Origin: Macrostomum lignano
Lineage: Eukaryota
DNA length: 64,000 nucleotides
NCBI GenBank assembly: GCA_002269645.1
Contig: NIVC01000645.1
Location: forward strand, 186,001 to 250,000
Reading direction: 5' to 3'
Part shown: positions 15,051 through 53,125 of the stretch, piece after piece
Layout of the letters: each line of letters opens with the position of its first letter
How positions within the stretch are numbered: position 1 is the stretch's first letter
Program-made: the position numbers and the translations under genes
Notes under the pieces: model-generated
Told to the model about the DNA's origin: nothing
The model's database searches: none
Seen by the model: only the letters and a program-made list of their open reading frames with translations

Positions 15051-15609
15051 TCTTCCTGTATTGTCAGCTGTCACTGTCAATACTCGAGCCCCTTACCCCC
15101 TGCATATACAGACAGGTACGCACAGAGCAGTAGTTTAGATCATAAATTCTGATTGTGTGCATCAGAATGACAAAATCCTAGTTTAATTCCCGACCAAACA
15201 GGAACTGAATTCTAGTAACAGAGCGGGGCTACAGAATGCGGGTTGGAACAAAGCATGGGCCGCCCCTTTCCAACTCCCAAATATAGATAGTTCTTCTCCA
15301 CCACGCAACCCAAACAGCCCGGGCATGCGTTTTTCCCACGGTCCATTCTAAACTCCCAACCAACAGCAACCACTTCACTTAACACTGGCTCGGTGGCTCC
15401 TATGCGCGGTGAGAAGCGGAGATCTTTGTGCAACAAAAACTGCGACTGGATAAAGGAATTAAATTTGGTTAAATGGGTGGCGTGGCTGTTTAGCGTTTCG
15501 CAAACTGATCCCACCAACTCCCCACTTGATCCCATATTCTCCACCACGAGTTACTTTCAATCCTTCCAATTGGCAACTATTTGCAAATTAAAAAAATGAG
15601 GCCCTTCCA

Positions 15610-16065
15610 AGACATGACAGCAGAGTGAGAGGACATGACAGCAGAGTGAGAGGACAAGACAGGAGAGTGAGGGGACAAGACAGCAGAGTGAGAGGACAAG
15701 ACAGCAGAGTGAGAGGACAAGACAGCAGAGTGAGAGGACAAGACAGCAGAGTGAGAGGACAAGAAAGCAGAGTGAGAGGACAAGACAGCAGAGTGAGAGG
15801 ACAAGACAGCAGAGTGAGAGGACAAGACAGCAGAGTGAGGGGACAAGACAGCAGAGTGAGGAGATGAGAAAGCAGAGTGAGGAGATGAGACAGCAGAGTG
15901 AGAGGACAAGACAGCAGAGTGAGAGGACAAGACAGCAGAGTGAGAGGACAAGAAAGCAGAGTGAGAGGACAAGACAGCAGAGTGAGAGGACAAGAAAGCA
16001 GAGTGAGGGGACAAGACAGCAGAGTGAGAGGACAAGACAGCAGAGTGAGAGGACAAGACAGCAGC
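15610..16065. repeat. 21-bp minisatellite GACAGCAGAGTGAGAGGACAA
   Basis: Period 21 checked (15674 to 15695). Confidence 0.95.
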
Positions 16066-16474
16066 TTGAGCAAATACTGCCTTTCTCTGTTTGCTTTTAT
16101 TGAGTTCAATTTCGGAACTGAAGCAAAATTCAGCAATTTCTGTTACAATAACACGTTCGATAAAGCCGTGGGCCTCAGAAACACTATTCAGCTAAAAATA
16201 AATTAGGCCTCAGCTCTCTGTCTCGGCGGTTTGCGACAAAATCGGCAAAAATGCTACAGTTTGCGAACCCAAGCCCCGCTTCCACCCACCACTCTCTCCT
16301 GCTACTCCCTGTGCGTTTCCGCGGCTTCACCAATTTGCCAGCAATAGCATGGCCGGCCGAGCAGAGTTCTGCAGCCGAATTTGGGAGCGTGCATGAGCGT
16401 GCAAATGCATGGGTCGGGTTGCCCGCTGTCTGCTGCAGACAGAGCTTTCTGTTGGGGATTCTTTCCCTCAATTG

Positions 16475-16745
16475 TCTCTCCCTGTCTCTCCCCTGCCTCT
16501 CCCTGTCTCTCCCTGTCTCTCCCTGTCTTTCCCTGTCCCTCCCTGTCTCGCCCTGTCTCTCCCCTGTCTCTCCCTGTCTCTCCCTGTCTCTCCCCTGTCT
16601 CTCCCTGTCTCTCCCTGTCTCTCCCCTGTCCCTGTCTCTCCCCTGTCTCTCCCTGTCTCTCCATGTCTCTCCCCTGTCCCTGTCTCTCCCCTGTCTCTCC
16701 CTGTCTCTCCATGTCTCTCCCCTGTCCCTGTCTCTCCCCCCGTCT
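16475..16745. repeat. 10-11-bp CTCCCTGTCT-type repeat
   Basis: Tandem pyrimidine-rich units; a short (GA)n follows at 16862-16908. Confidence 0.9.
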
Positions 16746-16859
16746 TTCTCCCAATCGGCATTATCTAAAACAATTATTGTCACATGACAGTCTCAAATCG
16801 CATCAGAATCTTAGCTGCCTCATTAAGAACCCCCAAGGCCAGTGGGGCTGCACACTGCA

Positions 16860-16910
<51 letters not shown>

Positions 16911-17149
16911 CCAGAAGCTCAGTTGCCAAGCGCCAAGCTCCATTCCGAATGAACTGTGGCGGTTTGCAGTCGCAAAACGGAAATGCGGGTTTGAAATTAG
17001 GATTTGGGAAACCGGATGACAAAAAAATCAATAAATTAGTGGGCTGGGCTTGATAGTAGGGCTGAAGACTGTTCTGCGCAATCTGCTCCCCATCTATCCT
17101 GTCCCAAATCCTTATCGTAGGATTTTTCACGGTAAGGCTGTGTCATCAG

Positions 17150-17650
17150 AAGGGGCGCCGTTTTCATTTGAGGGGCGCCGTTTTTATTTAAGGGGCGCCG
17201 TTTTCATTTGAGGGGCGCCGTTTTTATTTAAGGGGCGCCGTTTTCATTTGAGGGGCGCCGTTTTTATTTAAGGGGCGCCGTTTTCATTTGAGGGGCGCCG
17301 TTTTTATTTGAGGGGCGCCGTTTTCATTTGAGGGGCGCCGTTTTTATTTGAGGGGCGCCGTTTTCATTTGAGGGGCGCCGTTTTTATTTGAGGGGCGCCG
17401 TTTTCATTTGAGGGGCGCCGTTTTCATTTGAGGGGGCTTTAGCACTACAAGCTCCAGCATCAGGGGCTTTAGCACCAGGGGCTTTAGCACCAGGGGCTTT
17501 AGCACCAGGGGCTTTAGCACCAGGGGCTTTAGCACCAGGGGCTTTAGCACCAGGGGATTTAGCATCAGGGGCTTTAGCACCAGGGGATTTAGCACCAGGG
17601 GCTTTAGCACCAGGGGCTTTAGCACCAGGGACTTTTGCACCAGGGGCGCT
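17150..17650. repeat. Compound array: 20-bp AGGGGCGCCGTTTTCATTTG (17150-17430) then 15-bp GGGGCTTTAGCACCA (17431-17650)
   Basis: Two abutting tandem arrays that share AGGGGC. Confidence 0.92.
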
Positions 17651-18273
17651 AGGAAACTCCATATAATTTACCATTCGTCAATGCCCCCCGACCCCTCTCG
17701 CCCGCGTCAGGTAAAACAATTATATTAATGTTCCTGTTAGAATGACGTCATTTATTTGTTTATTTTGGCTCTCCAGTTGCGAGTTTCGCCTTGTTCACTC
17801 ACTATACTAAGTCTGTGTGTCTTCTCCTAGAGGCAAAAGAAGGCAAAGACAGCAGATCAGTGGGGAGGGGGTCCTCAAGGGCGGTTGCGTGCGTGTCTGC
17901 AAGCTGGGACAAAGACACTGGGAGAAACCGACACCCCTGCCTGCCTCAAGTCTGCCAGCGTTTCCTTTCCTTCGGCTGCCCGGCCGCGCAGTTAATGGCC
18001 GGGGGGGGGGGTCGGTGGGGGGTTGCTTAGCGGGCTGATTTGGAAACAAATCGAGTAGAAGGGATGCGATAGTGAGGGATTCCAACTCACTCACTTCCCG
18101 CTCTCTAGGCAGTCGCATAGCTTTAACAATAATCAGATGAGGAGACGGCGGAGCTGAATAATTAATTTGATGGAGGGGCTCGGGGAGTGCGGGTCTGATC
18201 AGTGCTATGCTGTCACTGGGATGTAGCGCTCTGAGTAGCTCGTATCAGTTGATCCCTACTGATCTGCGTGTCT

Positions 18274-18842
<569 letters not shown>

Positions 18843-19139
18843 AACCTACAAAGCCCAGAGGCCACTCACTCCATTTTTAAAAGCTGGAATCCATTCGGAA
18901 CCGAAGGACCCTTGTAGCCACTTGAATGAAAGGGGATCTACTTAATAGGAGAATGTGGCATCTGCTCTATCGATCCTGATGAGCACCGCAGCCCAGCACT
19001 CAGCTGGAGGCTCTGCCGTCCTTGTTGGCCTTCGTCGACATGAAACTGCTGGAACATTTTCTGGCGAATCTTCAAGTTGTTCTCTTTAATTTTCCATACA
19101 TAATTATCTCAATTTATCTACAGTCTCCATTCGTTCACC

Positions 19140-20455
19140 CAGAGTCTCCCATTCTCTCCCTCAGTCTCCCAATCTCACTCTCAGTTTCCCGTTCTCCCCT
19201 CAGTCTCCCAATCTCACCCTCAGTCTCCCAATCTCACCCTCAGTCTGCCATTCTCACCCTCAGTCTGCATTTTTCACCCTCACTCTCCCAATCTCACCCT
19301 CACTCTCCCAATCTCACTTTCAGTCTCCCAATCTCACCCTCAGTCTCCCATTCTCACCCTCAGTCTCCCAATCTCACCCTCAGTCTCCCAATTTCACCCT
19401 CAGTCTCCCAATCCCCCTTTCAGTCTCCCAATCTCACCCTCAGTCTCCCAATTTCACCCTCACTCTCCCAATCTCACTTTCACTCTCCCAATCTCACCCT
19501 CAGTCTCCCAATCTCACCCTCAGTCTCCCAATTTCACCCTCAGTCTCCCAATCTCACTTTCAGTCTCCCAGTCTCACCCTCAGTCTCCCAATCTCCTTTT
19601 CACTCTCCCAATCTCACCCTCAGTCTGCATTTCTCACCCTCACTCTCCCAATCTCGCTTTCAGTCTCCCAATCTCACCCTCAGTCTCCCAATCTCCCTTT
19701 CACTCTCCCAATCTCACCCTCAGTCTCCCAATCTCACTTTCAGTCTCCCAGTCTCACCCTCAGTCTGCCATTCTCACCCTCACTCTCCCAATCTCACCCT
19801 CACTCTCCCAACCTCACCTTCAGTCTCCCAACCTCACCTTCAGTCTCCCAATCTCACCCTCAGTCTCCCAATTTCACCCTCAGTCTCCCAATCTCACTTT
19901 CAGTCTCCCAGTCTCACCCTCAGTCTTCTTATCTCTCCCTCAGTCTCCCAATCTCACTTTCAGTCTCCCAAACTCACCCTCAGTCTCTCAATCTCACCCT
20001 CAGTCTCCTATTCTCACTCGCAGTCTCCCATTCTCACCCTCACTCTCCCAACCTCACCTTCAGTCTCCCATTCTCACCCTCAGTCTCCCATTCTCACCCT
20101 CAGTCTCCCATTCTCACCCTCAGTCTCCCATTCTCACCCTCAGTCTCCCATTCTCACCCTCAGTCTCCCATTCTCACCCTCAGTCTCCCATTCTCACCCT
20201 CAGTCTCCCATTCTCACCCTCAGTCTCCCATTCTCACCCTCACTCTCCCATTCTCACCCTCAGTCTCCCATTCTCACCCTCAGTCTCCCATTCTCACCCT
20301 CAGTCTCCCAATCTCACCCTCAGTCTCCCAATCTCACCTTCAGTCTCCCAATCTCACTTTCAGTCTCCCAATCTCACCCTCAGTCTCCCAATCTCATTTC
20401 AGTCTCCCAATCTCCCTTCAGTCTCCCAATCTCACCCTCAGTCTCCCTGTCTCAG
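19140..20455 (+). repeat. 20-bp minisatellite CTCACCCTCAGTCTCCCAAT (left arm of inverted pair)
   Basis: About 65 tandem units; source of the 494-aa SQSHP ORF. Confidence 0.95.
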
Positions 20456-20826
20456 CTTCAGGTCATTCTTTACTCGAATCCCCAGGATGATGCTGTTTTG
20501 CAATAATGGCCCCCCAGAGCACCCAAATTATTTCTCAGAGCTGACAAACAGCTTAGAAATGGATAATTTTCCAACGATTTCCCTGCATCAGAGATGACGC
20601 GAATTTGCCGCTCAATCTTTACCAGTATTTCTCTTTTTTCTCTCGCGCAATCTTTGAAAATCAAGCAAAATCGGCAGAAGCAGAAAAAAGCAATTAAAAT
20701 GATTTCTGTACCAATGTTCGGTCTGGGAATGACTCATTCTGTCCCATTTGCCGGGGGGAATCCACAAAGCATGGCCCCATCCAGAGGACCCTTCAGAATC
20801 ACGCATCACTGTTCCGGACTAATTTG

Positions 20827-20880
20827 ATTGGCTGACAAGCTCTAGACCAATGGCGAGGCGGCTAGCAGTTGGCTATAAAA
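20827..20880 (+). promoter_or_regulatory. Pol II promoter-like cluster ATTGG / CCAAT / TATAAAA
   Basis: ATTGG 20827-31, CCAAT 20847-51, TATAAAA 20874-80. No downstream ORF of note, so function is unproven. Confidence 0.3.
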
Positions 20881-21164
20881 TGAGATTTCAAAAACTGAAG
20901 TTTCAAATAACTGCAGGGTTTTACTCTCTACTGTCAGTAGGCGATGAATTCATGTAAATTTCATGACTGCGAAGGAGATATTGTATAAAATGTTGGGGGA
21001 AATGGCACGGACAGAAGTTTATGACGTCCGAGAACCAGAGCGAAACGAATCCATAATTTCTTTATTTATGGAGTCTTTGGGAAGCCAAGCAGGTTTGTCA
21101 CGTGTTGTTCATGTGAGAGTTAGAGAAACTGGCCCTGTCTAAAGAACCTCGATGGCATTTGGGA

Positions 21165-21750
21165 GACTGAGGGTGAGCTGCGGTGAGATTGGGACACTGA
21201 AGGTGAGAGGAGACCGAGCTGAGATTTCGGAGGGTGAGATTGGGAGACTGAGGGTGAGAATGGGAGACTGAGGGTGAGATTGGGAGACTGAGATGAGAAT
21301 GGGAGACCGAGAGAGAGATTGGGAGGCTGAGGGTGAGATTGGGAGGCTGAGGGTGAGATTGAGAGACTGAGGGTGAGATTGGGAGATTGAGGGTGAAAGT
21401 GGGAGACTGAGGGTGAGACTGGGAGACTGAGGGTGAGATTGGGAGACTAAGGGTGAGATTTGGAGACTGAAGGTGAGACTTGGAGACTGAGGGGGGTGAA
21501 ATTGGGAGACTGAGAGTGAGAATGGGAGACTGAGAGAGAGATTGGGAGGCTGATGGTGAGATTGGGAGGCTGAGGGTGAGATTGGGAGGCTGAGGGTGAG
21601 ATTGAGAGATTGAGGGTGAGATTGGGAGACTGAGGGTGAGACTGGGAGACTAAGGGTGAGACTGGGAGACTGACGGTCAGGTTGGGAGACCGAGAGAGAG
21701 ATTGGGAGGCTGAGGGTGAGATTGGGAGACTAAGGGTGAGATTGGAAGGC
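21165..21750 (-). repeat. 20-bp minisatellite ATTGGGAGACTGAGGGTGAG (reverse complement of the 19140-20455 array)
   Basis: The unit is the exact reverse complement of the left array unit. Confidence 0.93.
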
Positions 21751-22496
21751 TTAGTGTGATTTAGTAGGAAAGGATGAAGAGAGCAAGATGTACTTTAGCG
21801 CAGGTAAACTGAGGGAAGGCTTGCAGATTTATCCCAGATCTGCCAAGGCAGACACGGGAATGCCATCATTTTACTTGCTTGCTGATTAATTAAAGCAGGT
21901 TGCGCTGTGCAAAGCTGCTTAATTGGTACAAGTTTTGCGTTTTGGGTTTTGCACCACAGCAGTTGGGATTTGGGCGGCCAAGTTGCTTCTCAGTCCCTTT
22001 CCTCTCTCTTCCCATTCTCCCTGCCCCCATGGTTGAGTGCTCCGCTTAGCAAATACCGATATTTGTAGGGCGAGAGGCAGGACCGTACAGTGAAGTAGTG
22101 CGGTAAGCGTAGCCTCAGCTTTTATGCTTGATTTTTGGCCTATCGCTGTGCATGCGTTGGCATTGAGCGATCGGGGGCGCAAAGCAGGGCGCAAAGCAGA
22201 GGAGTTCGGCGCGTTGGTGACACCAGAGACCACCCACACCCACCCAGGCTGAGTGGCGAGACGAGAGAGAAAAAAGTTTCCTATAGTGTTTCCTTTCTAT
22301 GCATGCGTGACTGTGGCCTGCTCGTGGACTGCTGGGATCTAGTATCTGGGCGGAGGGCTTTCGATATTGTTGTAGAATTATTGGAGATTATTGCTTAACT
22401 GCCATGGGGGATCCAGCAAACGGAGGTCCGAAGGGTCAGTTGCCCTCCCTCACTAGTGAAATGAGGAGTCATGTTTCTTGGCGAGTCTTACCTGTG

Positions 22497-22845
<349 letters not shown>

Positions 22846-23319
22846 ATTCGCTAGCATGGGGTCAACTTGCTTTCCATTCCAGTCAGTCCCAGTGCTGTGT
22901 TCAGTAGTCCATGGTCTTCCCCGACTGTACGCGTACTGCCAAATGCGCAGGAACTTTCACCCTCCTACCCAGCCAGCCACTTACCCGAGTGCCGCACCGC
23001 CCTCCACCAGCACAGGCGAAGTGGGGCTTGGCCACAACCCCCCCCCCCAATCGTCTGCAGTTTTTGTCTTCTGCATGCCAGCCAGTCCGGCTCCCTCTGA
23101 CCCACCAGAAACTGTCCAATCTCCCATCCAGCATCCAGGCTTCATCAGCGTTCAGTTGTGCATCAGCCCAGACCTATTATTAGTCCTAGACCGAACCTTC
23201 CGTAACCTTTTTTACATTCACCTTACTGGCGCGGTGATTAACTGGGCTTTTCTGCTTTTAACTTGATCTGCTTAACTCTTTTGTATTGCCGTCGATTAAC
23301 GATTTGCGCATTGGTTTCC

Positions 23320-39451
<16,132 letters not shown>

Positions 39452-39679
39452 GCGCTTGAAGCTCCTTGCCTCACTTCTAGAAGAAGATTTGGCTTGGCAA
39501 TCCGACTCCAGTTTCATGTCATTAAAAATGACATCTCATATTCCATTGTCTGTTTTGAGTGCTTAGTGAAACACCCACTTTTATTCCCGACTGCCGTTGC
39601 AATAGTTTTCAGTTGTTTGATGCAATTTTCCGCTTTACATATTTATCCTTTGCCTCAAATGCTTTTAAATTGCTGTTCG

Positions 39680-39955
39680 CCTCGCTTTCACCCTCCCTCT
39701 CACCCTCCCTCTCACCCTCCCTCTCACCCTCCCTCTCTCCCTCCCTCTAACCCTCCCTCTCACCCTCCCTCTCACCCTCCCTCTCACCCTCCCTCTCACC
39801 CTCCCTCTCACCCTCCCTCTCACCCTCCCTCTCACCCTCCCTCTCTCCCTCCCTCTAACCCTCCCTCTCACCCTCCCTCTCACCCTCCCTCTCACCCTCC
39901 CTTTTCACCCTCCCTTTCTCCCTCCCTCTAGCCCTCCCTCTCACCCTCCCTCTCC
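39680..39955. repeat. 12-bp repeat CCCTCCCTCTCA
   Basis: About 22 tandem units. Confidence 0.9.
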
Positions 39956-40609
39956 TTGTTTATCAACCTTCATCAACCTTTATCAACCTTTATTACCTTC
40001 CCTCTCTCCTTACATCTCAGTTTCCCAGCAAAAGCATGGTCATCCCGCCTGTACACAAATCGATCATTATTGAAACTTATGCCAAAAAATTACAACTATG
40101 GGTTACTGGGGAGTCATTGGTTTTTTCAAATTCTTTTTTTTCAGCTTTTACTCAACGCAATACGTCAAACTATTTATTTATTTAATTTTATTTGCATGTT
40201 AGATTGGAGCACCCAGCCGCTGAATATTGATGCTTGCTGGCTAATTTTTGCTGCTTGTCTCAAAGGAATTTTTGCATAGATGCTAAACTAAGCAATAACG
40301 AATTCATTGACATTTTCGCAAGCATAGTGAATTAATTGTCAACTGCTCTACTTTGGTTAGTAGGAATGCGAGAATATGGAATACCGTTTTCATGAGATTT
40401 TGTGAAAATGATGAAATAAATTATATCTATACAATTTTTATAAGTTTGTCTTTATCTGGGACAGAATTATAATCCTGTTAGGCTTTTAAATCACCCGGAC
40501 CTTCACTTCCTGAGTCGAAAAAACTGCATGAGTCTCGCTTGCTTTCTTTTTTTCTGAACGCAGCGAAATGGATTGTGCTAAAAATAGAAATCATGCCCAT
40601 GACTGCGAC

Positions 40610-41310
40610 TGTGAATGACTGTGACTGTAAATAGTCGTGATTGTGAATGTCTGTGACTGAGAATGACTGTGATCGTGAACAATGAATGTGACTGTGAATG
40701 ACTGTGACTGTGAATGACTGACTGTGAATGACTGTGACTGTGAATGACTGACTGTGAATGACTGACTGTGAATGACTGTGACTGTGAATGACTGACTGTG
40801 AATGACTGTGACTGTGAATGACTGTGACTGTGAATGACTGACTGTGAATGACTGACTGTGAATGACTGTGACTGTGAATGACTGACTGTGAATGACTGTG
40901 ACTGTGAATGACTGTGACTGTGAATGACTGACTGTGAATGACTGTGACTGTGAATGACTGACTGTGAATGACTGACTGCGAATGACTGTGACTGTGAATG
41001 ACTGACTGTGAATGACTGACTGTGAATGACTGTGACTGTGAATGACTGACTGTGAATGACTGACTGTGAATGACTGACTGTGAATGACTGACTGTGAATG
41101 ACTGACTGTGAATGACTGACTGTGAATGACTGACTGTGAATGACTGACTGTGAATGACTGACTGTGAATGACTGACTGTGAATGACTGACTGTGAATGAC
41201 TGTGACTGTGAATGACTGACTGTGAATGACTGTGACTGTGAATGACTGTGACTGTGAATGACTGACTGTGAATGACTGACTGTGAATGACTGTGACTGTG
41301 AAGACTGTGA
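40610..41310. repeat. 14/16-bp repeat TGAATGACTG(TG)ACTG
   Basis: Alternating 14- and 16-bp units. Confidence 0.93.
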
Positions 41311-41889
41311 GTCTGTGATGACCCGGCCGGCGGCTGCACCGCCCTGAAGGTCGCTGCTATCGAATATCTTGGTGACTCATTTCCATCCCGGCCCAATTTC
41401 GCCAGTCTAGCTATCCGAACAGGCATATTGTGAGGCCTGCAAGGCAAGCTCTGTATGCTCTGAGTTCCGGCTGAATGACCCCAGCAGGCAGATGAACAAA
41501 ATTAACGGCCCCAGGCGGAATTCACCCCAGCAATGACTCAGCTGCACGCAAAAATGTGGGTCTCTGTTTAACCCCCAGCCAGCTGCTATGCAACTCGAAT
41601 GTCGCAATGCCCTAGCAACCAAGAAGATTAGCAATATCAATGATGATCAGAGAGCCCCTTTGCTCATTGGCCTCAGCTTTGGGCGAGTGATTTGTCAAAA
41701 CTTCATTAAGCCTGACTTTGGGAGTCGCTAATTATAGGTTGAATTCGCAGGTGAACTGCCTGCTAATTGATGATGAGGAACAGCAGCTGGGTCTGCCGTG
41801 CCTCACTGCCCTTTTCATCACCAATTCACTCCGGCGCGCTGCATCTCTTTAACTCTCTCTTTGTCCGAAGGCCGGAGCAGCTCAGCGCC

Positions 41890-42635
41890 AAAAAGAGTGT
41901 ACATGTACATTCTAGGGCCGCTGTACACCCTGTGTGAGCGTGTGCATGTACATGCTATGGCCGCTGTACACCCTGTGTGAGCGTGTGCATGTACATGCTA
42001 TGGCCGCTGTACACCCTGTGTGAGCGTGTGCATGTAAATGCTAGGGCCGCTGTTCACCCTGTGTGAGCGTGTGCATGTACATGCTATGGCCGCTGTACAC
42101 CCTGTGTGAGCGTGTGCATGTACATGCTATGGCCGCTGTACACCCTGTGTGAGCGTGCACATGTACATGCTATGGCCGCTGTACACCCTGTGTGAGCGTG
42201 TGCATGTAAATGCTAGGGCCGCTGTTCACCCTGTGTGAGCGTGTGCATGTACATGCTATGGCCGCTGTACACCCTGTGTGAGCGTGTGCATGTACATGCT
42301 ATGGCCGCTGTACACCCTGTGTGAGCGTGCACATGTACATGCTATGGCCGCTGTACACCCTGTGTGAGCGTGTGCATGTAAATGCTATGGTCGCTGTACA
42401 CCCTGTGTGAGCGTGTGCATGTACATGCTATGGTCGCTGTACACCCTGTGTGAGCGTGTGCATGTACATGCTATGGCCGCTGTACACCCTGTGTGAGCGT
42501 GTGCATGTACATGCTATGGCCGCTGTACACCCTGTGTGAGCGTGTGCATGTACATGCTATGGCCGCTGTACACCCTGTGTGAGCGTGTGCATGTACATGC
42601 TATGGCCGCTGTGCACCCTGTGTGAGCGTGTGCAT
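41890..42635. repeat. 43-bp minisatellite GTACATGCTATGGCCGCTGTACACCCTGTGTGAGCGTGTGCAT, ~17 copies
   Basis: Direct tandem copies with no unique spacers. Confidence 0.95.
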
Positions 42636-42794
42636 CCTGAGCGCTTGTGTGTGCTCAGGAGTCAGCGGAATGGGCAGAATGACCGCCGTCAGCGCTAGTG
42701 CTGCGTGACGATGTCGCGACAGGGTGCCCGCAGCCCTCCCGAAGGCATTGATTTGTGCTCGATGCCACTGTGCCAACTAAGTTGATTTAAACCT

Positions 42795-44430
42795 CTTCTC
42801 TCCCTCTCTCTCCCTCCACCTCTCTGTCATACCTTTGTCTCCCTCGTACCCTCTCTCTCCTTATCCAAATCTCCCCCTCTCACTCTCCCTCTCTCTCTTG
42901 CCCTATCCACCTCTCTCCCTCTCCTTGTTCCCCTCTCTTTCTCCCTGTTCCCTTTCTCCCTCCCTCTCTCCCTCTCTGTCTCAATATCTGTCTCCCTCTC
43001 TGTCTCCCTCTCTGTCTCCCTCTCTGTCTCCCTCTCACCCTCTCTCCCTCTCTCCCTCCCTCTCTCCCTCTCTGTCTCCCTCTCACCCTCTCTCCCTCTC
43101 TCCCTCCCTCTCTCCCTCTCTCCCCCCTCTCTCCCTCTCTGTCTCCCTCTCTCCCTCTCTGTCTCCCTCTCTGTCTCCCTCTCTGTCTCCCTCTCTGTCT
43201 CCCTCTCTGTCTCCCTCTCTGTCTCCCTCTCTGTCTCCCTCTCTGTCTCCCTCTCTGTCTCCCTCTCACCCTCTCTCCCTCTCTCCCTCCCTCTCTCTCT
43301 CTCCCTCTCTCTCTCCCTCCCTCTCTCCCTCTCTGTCTCCCTCTCTCTCTCCCTCTCTCTCTCCCTCTCTCTCTCCCTCCCTCTCTCCCTCTCTGTCTCC
43401 CTCTCTGTCTCCCTTTCCGTCTCTCCCCCTGTCCCTCACTCTCTCCCTCTCCACCGACCTCTTTCTTTCACTTCTTCTTCTCCCCTCTGTGCCTGTCCTC
43501 TCAACCAGACTTGAAAGCCTGAAGGCATATCAATTTTGACACCTCTAAGACGACTAAATAAGCATAGAAATTAAGCTCCCAAAACACCGCATCTTATGTG
43601 GCAATCCTCATAGCCTCCTTAAGTCCGTCCCATGGCCCTAGCAACAAGACTCTGAGTGCATCTGACCGCGTCAAACAGAATCAACAATGCGCCACCCGTC
43701 TTTTGTGTCTTTCAAGTTTTTTAAGTTTGCTGACTGGTGAATGAGACTCGATAAGAATAGGTGAATCTGTCCGCGAGTTTAGCGAACCCTGTCTTGACAG
43801 CTCTTGACACCTGCGCCTCCGTTCTCAACGGTTGGAAGAATAATTAATTATAGGAGATTTTTTACAAAAAATATCGATTGGAAATTTTTCTCCACGCACC
43901 CGTGATCAGAGAGTTTCTATGGCGGGGAAATGTGGCAGTTTTTGTGACACTTTTTTATTGCCGAAATTAATTGAAATGCATAGCGGCATCTTCAACGAGA
44001 TCTGAGGATTCCAGCTCATGGTAACTGCTCAAGGGTGACGGTGCCGGAAGTACAGTTTGGCGTGCTTGCTCCCCGTCTGCTTTTAAAAAAAGGAAGAGAA
44101 GCAGATGGAGCGGTAAAGGAAGAGGAAGAGGGAGAGGGAGAGGGAGAGGGAGATGGGGGGAGAGAGGTAGAGGGAGAGAGAGAGGTAGGTGGAAAGAGAT
44201 GGAGAGGAAGAGAGATGGTAAGGGAGAGGGAGATCTAGAGAGAAGGCAGAGGAAGACGGAGACGGAGAGGGAAAGAAGGAGAGGTAGAGGTAGAGGGAGA
44301 GAGATGGAGAGCGAGAGTAAGAGAGTGAGAGGGAGAGGGAGAGAGGGAGATCTAGAGAGAGGGAGAGGGAGAGAGAGGGAGAGAGGGAGATCTAGAGAGA
44401 GGGAGAGAGAGGGGTAGAGGGAGAGGCTGG
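42795..44430. repeat. CT-rich tract (42795-43490) and GA-rich tract (44110-44430)
   Basis: Low-complexity purine/pyrimidine runs. Confidence 0.85.
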
Positions 44431-44868
44431 AACAGGCACGCCATCATGCAGGCAGCTGGAGCAGTGGAGCACTGAAGCAATTTGTTATCTGATCGGGGCT
44501 GTCGATAATTTTCTCACCTCAAAGCCAACACAGACGGATACAGAATTGCCAATTCAAATTGAGCAATGTTTACCTGGCATTGAATGCTTAACCGCCCTTT
44601 GGGGTATAAAATATGCTAACCTTTCTGACAGGCAGTTTTACAGTCTTGCCGCTGGCTGAATGACGTCATCAAACACAATCCAAGGGTTTGTGAATAAATC
44701 TATCTAGTAATTTGATTTCACCTTGGCATTGGCAAACAATGAAGTTGCGCAGACCATTTAGAATTTGATTTACCCAATGCGACCGACTCAGAATATTGAA
44801 TTGCCTCTTCAACTTGAAAACAAATGGGTTTTAATATGCTCTGCCATCTGTCTGCCTCCCGTGTCCCC

Positions 44869-45122
<254 letters not shown>

Positions 45123-45578
45123 TAAATGGTAGAAGGATTTATATTTCACTTTTAAAAACTATCACAAAGCCACTGTAACAAATTAAACTTCGAAAAGGAA
45201 ACACTCAATCTTGTGAATGGCATGTATATTTAGTGTTGTAAAACTTTTTCTCCCTTCGCTCAAAGCGGGATATCCAAAACAGATAGATATTTGGGGCAAA
45301 GGACGCTGGGCTTTTCACGCGGTTGGCCTGCTTTCTAATCTCTATGCAATGTTAATTAATTGGAATTACAAATTATTACTGATATTATGTAATTTTCGAT
45401 ACATATCAGCACTATCCTAGACCAACAAATAGCGTTGAAAATAACTTTTAGTTTGATAGGCGACAATAATTAATAATAGCGGGATCCGTTTTAAAACCTT
45501 TACACTCTACTGTTCTCGATCGTTAGTAGCATAGTAAGCATATTTCGTTAATTTTTGATATATTCCGTAAAAACGTTT

Positions 45579-53125
<7,547 letters not shown>

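Noticed and set aside
41890-42635. 43-bp repeat as a CRISPR array or tRNA cluster
   Set aside because: No spacers and no cloverleaf; a plain minisatellite.
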